This document shows positions 53,981-64,000 of a DNA stretch of 64,000 bases, one piece after another. The notes beneath the pieces were generated by a model, which worked only from the letters and a program-made list of their open reading frames with translations, did no database searches and had not been told where the DNA came from. Position numbers and translations under genes: made by a program. This stretch comes from Phaeosaccion multiseriatum. Its lineage: Eukaryota > Protista > Ochrophyta, other classes. How positions within the stretch are numbered: position 1 is the stretch's first letter; every line of letters begins with the position of its first letter. The stretch spans positions 2,666,001-2,730,000 of the forward strand of contig OZ218960.1 of NCBI GenBank assembly GCA_965112735.1. The letters run 5' to 3'.

Positions 53981-56862
53981 TGTCTCGCTCCTGTCGCCCT
54001 GTCCTGCTCTAGTTCTTCTCTCTCCCTGAGAAGACCAATCCGAGGAGAAGGAGCTGGAACGAAGCACACGATTCTAACACCATCTGTGACTGTTGCACTC
54101 CCCCCCACCCCCACCCCCCCCACACACACACGCATATCAGCTATAAGCTGCAAGCTGATCCAGAAATGAATACGCTGGCCAATCTGCGGCGGCGGCAGTC
54201 ACTGAAGCACAGCTCTATGGTGCGAGAAATCGCAGAGGAGTTTTGGCTCTTCTCTGGGCTGATGCACACTGGTGAGAAGGAGTGGGGGGGGAGGGAGGGA
54301 GGGAGGGGGAAAGGGAGCAGAGAGGATAGATGGAAGGAGAAGAGAGGGGGAGACAAAGAGCGAGACAGAGAGACAGAGAGGGAGGGAGGGAGGGAGGGAG
54401 GGAGGGAGGGAGGGAGGGGGGGAGAGAGGGAGGGAGGGAGAGAGAGGAGAAAGAAGATACCGAGAAAGAGAGAAGAGGGGGTGAGTGGGAGAGAGAGAGG
54501 GAGGGAGGGAGGGTGCGAGAGACAAGAGAGAAGAGACAGAGGGGGGGAGACGGGAAGGAGAGAGGCGGTAGCGAAGAGTGGAGCAGAGCCCTATGGAAGG
54601 AAGGAAGGAGACACCATGGCTTGACTCTTGGGCGGCTGTCTTCTTGCCAAGGCAGGACAGACAAACAAACAAACAGGCTTACGGGCAGGCAGGCGATTTG
54701 GGGAGTGTATGAGACTGCCGCATGAGGGGTTGGTTTGAAACAGTCCGTCGACAGGTCGCTGCCAAGCTACTCCCCTCTGCCCCATCCTCACCTTCCTCCC
54801 CTCTCTTACGCTGGGTGCTCCTCCTCCCACCCCCCCCTTCCCCTGCCCTTCTCTGTTGTCTCGCATCGATCGTCCCTCCTCTCTCCCTCAAAACAGAAGA
54901 GAAGAGCAGCGAGGTCCAGCAAGGCGATCAAGACTGTGCAAGTGTGAGCTTTGCCACTTGTACCGAAGCCACTTACAAGCAACTCTCTATCAAAATCCAC
55001 CTCGCCCTCATCCCTGACACCGATGCAGAGGAACTGGAGCGGACGGCGGCCGTCGATTGGCTGAGAGACATACGCAGATGGGGCAATGGGAAGATGACTT
55101 TCCAGGTGAGGGGAGAGGAGGGAGGGGGCGAGAGGAGAGTTGGCGGGAAGGGAAGGAGGCGTGAGGAGGACAGGGGGAGACAGAGACCGAGACACTCTCT
55201 GATAAAGAAATATCGAGAGAGACAAAGAGAGCGACAAGAGAGCCAGAGACTGAGTCTTGTAACTGACCCCCCCCACCCTCCTCCCCTCCCTTCCCCTCCC
55301 CTCCCCGCCGCCCTCCTCCCTTCCCCTCGCCCCCCCTCCCCGCCCCTCCCCTCCGCTCCCCTCCCCTCCCCTCCCCTCCCCTCCCCTCCCCTCCCCTCCC
55401 CTCCCCTCCCCTCCCCTCCCCTCCCCTCCCCTCCCCTCCCCTCCTCTCTCCTGCTCACAGACGCTGAAGAACTCTCTGTACGAGCTTGCTGACATATGGA
55501 CAGAGAACATAGACGAGGTGGAGTACGCGGCCTTCCTGTGGCTCGTGCTTGTGACGGTTACAGAGGGAGAGTGCGTGCCGGGCAAGTTCAAGGCCAACGC
55601 CGACATCGACACCATCATGGAGGTCAGTAGCAGGCATGTTCAATCACTATATATGAGCTATGAGCTGCTTTGAGTATGAGGAGGAATCAGCCGAAGTCCC
55701 TCTCCTTTTCTCCTCTTGCCTTTCACTCACTCCTTCCCTTCCTCCCCCCCTCTCCTGCCCTCCCCTGCCCTCCTCTGCCCCCCCCCCCCCCCTTGTTGTC
55801 GTTGTTATTGGTGTTGGTGTTGCTGTTGTTGTTGTTGGTGGTGGTGGTTTCCAGGCGGACATGTCGGAGGTGGTGAAGGGGTACATGCAAATGAGGAAAG
55901 AAAAGGGCTTTGGACGCAACTCCAAGAATTTCGAGGTGAGCTTTCACTGTCAGCTTCAGTGTCAAATCCAGGCCATAACCCTCAAGACAGCAGCTACTTA
56001 ACGCCCCTCCAACCCGATAACATCCATTAATCCCGTCAAACATGCCCCCACCCACACGCGTGTTCACTCCCGTTCCTCCTCTCTGTAACGCCTAACCTGA
56101 CCCAACGATCTTACCTTATCAGGAGCGACTGAGGCAGTTGCGTGAGGCGGGGAGGACAAGTGCGATTGTCGCTGCCATCAGCGCGCCTCCGCTGCCGCTG
56201 CCCGCTGCAGGGGGTGGTGTTGGTGATAATGGGGACTCACAGGCAGCCACGGCGGGGCAGGCCGAGCCCAAGCAGCAACAGCAGTTGGTGATGCAGCAGC
56301 AGCAGCAGGAGGGAGATGAGAAGGGAGGGGGCAGGGCGGAGGGGGAGGGGAAAGCGAAGGGAGACGTCCATGCAGCGGGCGGAGGGACGGTAGGAGGAGC
56401 AGGGAAGGGGGTGATGGCAGCCGGTGGGGGGCGGGGGGGACGGCCTGTGCTTCAAAGGCAGGGGTCCTCCCTCAAGGAGCTCATCGCGGATATAAAGGAG
56501 AAGAAGACGGGCAAGAGCCTGCTGCAGAGCGGCGGCACCACCACCACCAGGTTCGATCCATCTGTATTCTCCCTGCCTCCTCTATCTACCTATGTATCTC
56601 TCTATCTATCGACCTATGCCTCCATAAAATGTATCTCCCCACCTTTTTGCATCTAACTGTCTATATCGATCTTTCTATCTATCTGTCTATCCATCTATCT
56701 ATCTGTCTATCCATCTGTCTATCTTTCTATCCATCTCCTACTTCCATCCGGACTCTCGCTCTGCCTCTCTCTCATATCTCTCTCATGCACACACACGCAC
56801 ACGCACACACACGCATACATACACACACACGCACACACACATACACACACGCACACGCACAC

Positions 56863-56900
<38 letters not shown>

Positions 56901-59900
56901 ACTCACGCACACCCACAGAGGCACAGGGCGAGAAGGGCCTGACTTGGACGCCTTCCTGAAGCAAGCAGGGGCCAACCGAGCAGCCAAGCGGGACGAGGGC
57001 AAGGTGGAAGGTAAGGGGAGGAGAGAGGAGAACTCACTCAGTCAGTGAAGTGCTCTCTGATGGCCTAAGTCAATGGTAGAAGGGAGGGTGGTGGGTGTGT
57101 TTGAGCTCTGTAGGAGGAGCAGGCGGTGCAAACGTTCACGCACGCACGCACGCAGCGCAGCCACGCACGCAAGCATCTCGGTTGTCGCTACATCTCACTC
57201 CATCTTCGGCTGTTGCTGTGCCACCAACTCCTGCTCCTGCTGCTCCTGCTGCTCCTGCTGCTCTTGTTCTGGGGACGGAATGAATGGCTGATGTGACGGA
57301 ATGAATGGCTGATGTGACGGAATGAATGATCATAAACGGCAATGAATGCAGCCCCCCTGAGCGACTTCATGGGGGCAGTGCGCGGGAACGATGCCCTGGT
57401 GCCCCAGTTGGTGATACAGCAGCAGCAGGAGCGGGGGTCGGATGGGGTGCTGCCACCCCTCCTTGCTATGCCCATCAGCATGGACAGGGAGGAGGAGGAG
57501 AGATTCCGGAGGGAGTTCGAGGGGCTGTTGAGAGAGGCAAAGGACAAGGCGAGAGTAAGCGGCGGTGTATCACCAACTGGAGGAGGAAATGAGGCTGTAT
57601 GGCAGGGACTGGGGCTAGGGTATACTGCAGATGGCGGCGGCATGGATAATGATGATGATGATGATGATGATGAGGAAGAGGAGGAGGAGGAGGAGGAGGA
57701 GGAAGAGGAGGGGGGAGATGGAGCAGTTCCAGCGGTTGAAGACGGCGAGCAAGAGGGAAGCAGCAGTGGCAGTGGTGGTGGCAAGGGGGCGGGGACAGGG
57801 GGCACTTCCAACAACAAGAAGCGATCACGGCAAGGCTCTGCCCTTCTCCTGGGCACCACCTCGCTCATGGCGGCTTCGACAGCCCACGCTCGCCGGATCA
57901 GCAGGCTAGCGAACAAGCCGAGGAAAAGTGTGTATGGTCAGAGGAGCGGGTGTGGACAGATGAGCGATTTTATGCAACGGTTGGCCTTCGAGGGCGTCAA
58001 GAGGAGAGCGACGGCGACTGCGGCGGCGGGGAGTAAGCCTGCCTTTAAACCGGCGGGGGGAGGGACACTACCAGGTGAGGAACAAGGGAGGGGAGAGTGG
58101 GTGTGGGCGTGTGAAGTCTCGTATGGCGAGGACAAGTGATCTTTAGCAGTTGGTGTCTATCTGTGAGTCAGACCTTCCGCCATGTAGTGACTTTAATCGC
58201 TTCCGTCAATCTGTGGCTCTTCTCCTTCCGTCGCTTCCATCATGACGCCTCCGCTCGTCCCTCCCCTCCCCCCCCCCCCTCCCCTCCCCTCCCCTCCCCT
58301 CTCCTCCCCTCCCCTCCCCCCCCCTTCTCCCTTCTATTCCCCTGCCCCCCCGTGGGCCTTGTACGTTACAGACCCCGAGGGGGTCGAAAACGAAGAAGCC
58401 GTGTGGAACGCGTACAAGCAACTCGTGGAGATAGAGCAGGAGAGAGCCCAACCCGAGGGGACTGTTTCCTCCTCCGACGGCGACAGAGTAAGTCATTAGC
58501 TGTTCTCACTGACTGACTATCGTAGTGGGCTCGATATTTTGGCTCGATGGGCTCGATATTCTGGCTCGATGTCGATATCGGGTAGGCACAGACGAGCTCC
58601 TGTCAACCAAGGAGGCGCAGTGGGAAGAGGGGGCCGTTATTCGCTCCCATCTCTCCTCTGTCTGTTCGACTGTCCAACCTAGCCCCCTCCCTTCCTCCCT
58701 TCCTCCCTCCCTCCCTCCCTCCCTCCCTCCCTTCCTTCCTTCCTCCCTCCCTCCCTCCCTCCCTCCCTCCCTCCCTCCCTCCCTCCCTCTCTAGGTCGGA
58801 GGCAGCACCTTCCGCCCCGCGGGTGGAGCAGTCACCTGGGACTCCATGTCCGCCTACCTCGCCGCAGATCAATCAGTCGCCACATCCTCCCCCCTTAGGA
58901 AGCCAAACAGAGCTCCGCCCTCTCCTACTGCGAAAGGAGGAGGAGGAGGAGGAGGAGGAAGAGGAGGAGGAGGAGGAGGAGGAGGAGGGGGAGGAGGAGG
59001 AGGAAGAGGAGGAGGAGGAGGAGGGGCAGGGGTCCGAGCCAGAGGGGGGCGACGCGGTGGTAACGCGGCTTCTCCTGCTGCTGGATCACCAACTTCTGCA
59101 GCTGCTGGCGGCAGGGGGAGAGGAGGGAGAGCAGGAGGAGGCGGGAGGCGCAATAGTGCAGGTGGTACCACCACCCCACGTCGAGGCAGCACTTCATCGC
59201 CTGCTGTATCACCAACGGCGGCATCATCATCCGGTGAGGCAAAGAAGACAAGAGGCAAACCCCGGGGGTCTATCAGCGGTTACGTTGCAACCGTCGTGCT
59301 GATGCAAGCCCCTCGCCGTCGGAGAGCCAGAGCTGGCAAGAAGGGAGAGAAAGGTATTGACGATGGTGTTGGTGGAGACCGACGAGGGTTAAGCAGTAGA
59401 AGTAGCGCCAAGGAGGAGGGGGAGAAGGAGGAGAAGGAGGGCGACGGAGAGGACGAGGAGAAGGATAATGAGGAGGAAGGGGGGGAGGAGGAGGAAGAGG
59501 AGGAGGAGGAGGGTTTCCGGGAGGAGGGGGAGGAGGAGGAGGCAGTGGCGGTGGCAGCACGGGTAATGTTCCATAAAGACGCGCCCACCAAAGTGACCAT
59601 CGATGGGAGGACAATTGGAGCCTGCGGACGGAGACTTCGGCGGATGCTCAAGGCCCAGGGGGGGACGGAGGAGGATTTCCAAGCTGTCGTGAGCACGTAT
59701 CAGCACTCGTTGGAGGAGGGGCGAGGGGGGCCGGGGGTGGCAGTGGATGGGGAGGGGAAGAAGAAGGAGAAGGAGAAGAGGGGTATCTCGGGGGGCAAGG
59801 GAAAGGGAAGAGGGGAAGGAGGAGGAGAAGGAGAAGGAGAAGGAGAAGGAGACTTGTTGATCGAGCTCCTGGCACAGTGCCTGGTGGATCGAAGCAGCGG

Positions 59901-62900
59901 AACGCGCGGGGGGGGGTCTGCTGACGTCAGTGGTGGTAGTGCTGCTGCTCCTGCTGCTGGTGGTAGTAGTAGTAGTAGTGGTGGTGGTGGTGGTGGTGGT
60001 GGTGGTGGTGGTGGTGGTGGTGGCGGTGGCGTGAGTAAGGCCGAGGCTCGCGCTATGGTGCAGGATGCTCTTGTTCGCGAGAAGAAGACGAACAGGAAGG
60101 AGAAGAAGGAGAAAAAGCAGAAGCAGGGAAGGAACTCGCCTGTGAAGCTACCGCCATCATCGTCATCATCATCATCAGCCGTTGGTGATACAGTAGCAGC
60201 AGTTGGTGTTACATCAGCATCAGCAGCAGCAACACAAGAAGGCAAAGGGGAGAGGGGGGGAGGAGGAGGAGGAGGAGGAGGAGGAGAAGGAAGAGGAGGA
60301 GGAGGAGGAGGACGACGACGGAGAGGAGGAGGAGGAAGATGATGAGGAGGAGGAAGATGAGGACGAGGTGGAGTGGAAGATGCTCGACGTGTATGTGGAT
60401 GGGAGTGGGGCGGTTGTGCACGTGGCCCTGACCCCCACCGAAGGCCTTGACCCAAGAGATAGTGCTGGCGAATCACCAACTGGTGTATCACCAACTGCTG
60501 CGGCGGCGAATGCGATGGAGGGTACTGCTGATGTGAGTAATGCGGGTGCGATGAATGAGGTTTCTCCTTCCACCGCCACAACTTCCTCAACCGCCGCGAC
60601 GGCCACAACTAACACCACCAGCGGCAGCAGCACCACCACCACGAAGACGGCCTCTAGCCCGAAGAGTCAGCGCCGGCGGAACTCTCAGCAGAGTAGCCAT
60701 CAGGGGCGCAGAGGGAGTGGGGAGGGGCGGATACGAGGAGGAGGAGGAGGAGGAGGGGGAGGAGGAGGTGGAGGAGGTGGAGGAGGAGGAGGAGGAGGAG
60801 GAGGAGGAGGTGAAGGAGGAGGAGGAGGAGGAGGAGGAGGAGGAGGAGGAGGAAGAGGAACACGAGAAGGAGGAGGGAGAGGAGGAGGGAAGGTGTTAGG
60901 GGGGGAGGAAGAGGGCGCTGGGGACCAAAGGCACCACTTTACACTCCAGCATAGGGCTATTACCACCACCTGCTCCTCCTCACCGCCTCCAGGGGACCAC
61001 AAGCGAAGGGGGGGCAGGCAAAGGGAAGGGGGGGGGGATCACGGTCGCAGGGGAAGCAGCGCAATACAGGCAGTCTCAGCCGCGGCCAAATTGGGCAGAG
61101 GGGGAGAAGCAAGGACGGGGAGGCGCCCACCGGGGTTGGTCATCTCCAGGAGTCCGCTTGGCGACGATGAAGCAAGTGCTGTATCACCAACTGCTAGTGT
61201 TGCTACAGATGCCGGTGTCGGAGGAGGGGAGTGCGAAGGGAGCGAAGCGGGTGATGAAGGAGGCATATGGGTAAGGTCAAGAGGTGCATCACCACCTGCT
61301 GCGGTTTCGCCAACCGCAGCTGCTGCAGCGGTATCACCAACTGCTGCGGTCAGAAGCGTGAGTCGGGAAAGCATCATTCGCGAGCTGCGCAGTCAGGGCC
61401 TTCCCCCCTCCGCCGCCAAACTTGCGGGCATGCTCCATCTGGACGGGGCCGTGCGACGCCTTGTTTCCTCCATGGCTGTCAAGCTCGACTCGGCCGCCGC
61501 TGCTGCCCAGGTTGACCAGGGGAAGACTTCCCCCAAGAGGAGTGGTGCTGTATCAACAACTGCTGCTGCGGCGGCTGCTGGTTCTTCCCCCCGGGGAAGG
61601 GGAGCAGCAGGGGGGGAGGGAGCACAAACAGGAGCAGGGGGGCAGGAGGACCAGTTGGTGATACAGCAGCACGGCACGGGGTTGACTGGCACAGATGCAG
61701 GGGCGAAAGTGGCATCGGTGGCAGACGGGAACAGCACGACCCAGCAACAACAAGCCCAGCAATTGGGGACAAGGCAGTCGCCATCTGTACCTCGTGTGGA
61801 CGCCTCAGTAGACGGCTATCACCTCGAGGAGGGACACACGTACGTGCTAGTCCCGCCCGCTGTTGCTGTATCACCAACAGCTACTGCTGCTACTGCTGCT
61901 GGCGTATCACCAAGTGCTGTATCACCAACTGCTGCTGCATCACCAACTGCTGTATCACCAACTGCTGCTGCAGCTGCTAATGCGAGCAGTCCAGGAGAAG
62001 ACAGCGTAGCATTATCGCTAGCGGCGCCATCGGAGGCAGCGGGGATGGCAGTGGAGGGCGGTGGTGGAGGAGAGGGAGGAGGAGGAGGAGGAGGAGGAGG
62101 AGGAGGAGGAGGAGGAGAAGGAGGAGGAGGAGGAGGAGGAGGAGGAGGAGGGGGAGGAGCGAGCCTAGCAGGCACTGACTTGTCTCCCATACACTCCTTC
62201 ACGGTCAATGCCATTGTACCCACGGGGAGAGACAGGCGCCCCACGCTGCGTTACGGGGAGGATGAGAATGCTCGTTGTGCTTGGTCCTCGCCTCTTCGAA
62301 GAAGGTCCGAGGTAAGCGCTGGTCCTTCCTCGCGGCCAGTAGGTGGTAGCGAGGAGGACGAGGAGGAGGAGGAGGAGAAGGAGGAGGAGGAGGAGGAGGA
62401 GGAGGAGGAGGAGGAGGAGGAAGAGGAGGACGATGACGACGACGAGGAGGATGAGGATGAGGATGAGGATGAGGATGCTGCTGCGGAGGCAGCGCTTGCG
62501 TTACTGGTGCTGCAGGAGAAGGAGGAGGCGAGGATGGCAGTGGAGGGTCAGGGAGGAGGCGGGGTGGGGGTGGGGATGGCAGTGGAAGTTGCTTCGCGGG
62601 CACGTCTCACGGGGCGAAGGAATACGCTCTTTAATCAGGTGCGGTTGTACGGTTGTGCGGTGGTGCGGTGGTGGTGTGGGTGGTGCTCAGTTTTAGTTTC
62701 AGTTTAGTTATTGATTCGAGGATCAGTATCCGTTCTAGGTTCTTGGAGGGCCCGGGGGGGAGAAGGGCAGGAGGGGGCGATGGTGCTCCTCTTCTCTCGT
62801 CGTCGTCGTCAGCTGTGCTCTCTCCTCACCGCAAGTACTTGTGTACGTCTGCTGAATGCCCCCCGCCTCGACGCTTCCTCTTGACGCACGCACACACGCA

Positions 62901-63932
62901 CGCACACACACACGCATACACACACACACGCACACACGCATATACACGTACATACCACCGATGTTTCTATTCTACAGCTGACCGAGGAGGACGGGGGAGA
63001 CAAAGGCACGAAGGGGGGCAGGCGGCTTCGAACTGCTCCTGTTGGTGATACAAGAAGAAGGCGAGGCAGCACGGGGGGGCTTCTCGAAGCACGCGGCACA
63101 CCCCCTGCGAGTGCCGCTGAGGCAGCCGAAGGTACGATGCAGTTGGTGATACAGGTGGTGATACAGTTGTTGGTGCAGTTGTTGGTGCAGTGGGGATTCA
63201 TCGTGGTGGTGAATGAGAAGCTCCATACAACACCTGGCAAAGTGTTCCGAGGGTTGGCACGACAAGTCTGCATAGTACGTACCCCCACACCTCCCTCCCT
63301 CCCTCCCTCCCTCCCTCCCTCCCTCCCTCCCTCCCTCCCTCCCTCCCTCCCTCCCTCCCTCCCTCCCTCCCTCCCTCCCTCCCTCCCTCCCTCCCTCCCT
63401 CCCTCCCTCCCTCCCTCCCTCCCTCCCTCCCTCCCTCCCTCCCTCCCTCCCTCCCTCCCTCCCTCCCTCCCTCCCTCCCTCCCTCCCTCCCTCCCTCCCT
63501 CCCTCCCTCCCTCCCTCCCTCCCTCCCTCCCTCCCTCCCTCCCTCCCTCCCTCCCTCCCTCCCTCCCTCCCTCCCTTCATTGGCCCACCAGTTCTACAAG
63601 CCTTGGCAGCACGGCGAGGCAGCAGCAGGCCTCCCTTCGGCTCTCGGCCTCGGCCATCATCACAACCTCCCCTCGACTCAAAGTACGACCCATTCTATGT
63701 CACCGTCAAGGCGGTGAAGCAGTATATACCCAACGAAGGCCTTCCCCCTTGGAAGGTCGGAGTGCTGGACGGAGGCTGGCGACAGATCTCCAACTACCTC
63801 GAGAACAGGGTGGATTCGACTTGGAGGAGGAGGAAGAGGAAGAGGAGGAGGCGAGAGAAGAGGGAGCAGGAGTTGATGACACATCAGCAAGAGGCAGCGT
63901 CGTCAGAATCACGTGAGTGTGCGAGAGAGTGA
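52969..63932 (+). CDS. Large multi-exon uncharacterised protein with a conserved-looking N-terminal domain and long low-complexity regions (may be two genes)
   Basis: Spliced exons give YKLQADPEMNTLANLRRRQSLKHS...AEEFW, YKQLSIKIHLAL...AAVDWLRD...MTFQ|TLKNSLYELADIWTENIDEVEYAAFL. Further exons at about 55855, 56122, 56918, 57342, 58370, 58795-62638, 62978 and 63591-63932. There is a frame switch near 60250. Confidence 0.6.
63290..63575 (+). repeat. Intronic (CCCT)n microsatellite
   Basis: Pure run before the acceptor at about 63590. Confidence 0.95.
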
Positions 63933-64000
63933 GGGACTAGACGGCTTCTCTTAAACGTAACGTGGACATCACCCCTCCCCTCCCCTTCCCGCTGTCCTTC

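Overview
Eukaryotic nuclear DNA, most likely from a photosynthetic stramenopile (ochrophyte) with a flagellated stage. The basis is inference: GT-AG introns, heterokont-type signal peptide + Phe presequences, and an IFT25 gene. Introns and many exons are saturated with microsatellites ((CCCT)n, (GAGT)n, (TATC)n, (GT)n, (GGA)n, (CAG)n), so most ORFs in the six-frame track are repeat artefacts. About 12 genes were reconstructed by hand: a C2 + class-3 lipase; a PX + degenerate nucleotidyltransferase + LOTUS-like protein; a GT-A glycosyltransferase head-to-head with IFT25; a 2-kaa CAP-Gly protein; a secreted Ser/Gly-rich RXL protein; a hypothetical ORF; an ankyrin protein; a Cys/His-finger ORF; a PPR-SMR protein; a RETSAT/CRTISO-family oxidoreductase; and a large conserved-unknown gene. 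Two signals stand out. (1) A dispersed 10-16 bp word, CAGTTGGTGATACAGC, occurs about 37 times (exact 10-mer core, manual count) on both strands, in introns and in different reading frames of the same exons, like a DUS/HIP1-type genomic signal. (2) A PPR-SMR gene has an intron-free array of 12 near-identical 105-bp repeats that vary at the RNA-recognition positions, resembling a natural TALEN-like RNA endonuclease. No CRISPR array, rRNA, tRNA or intact transposon was recognised.
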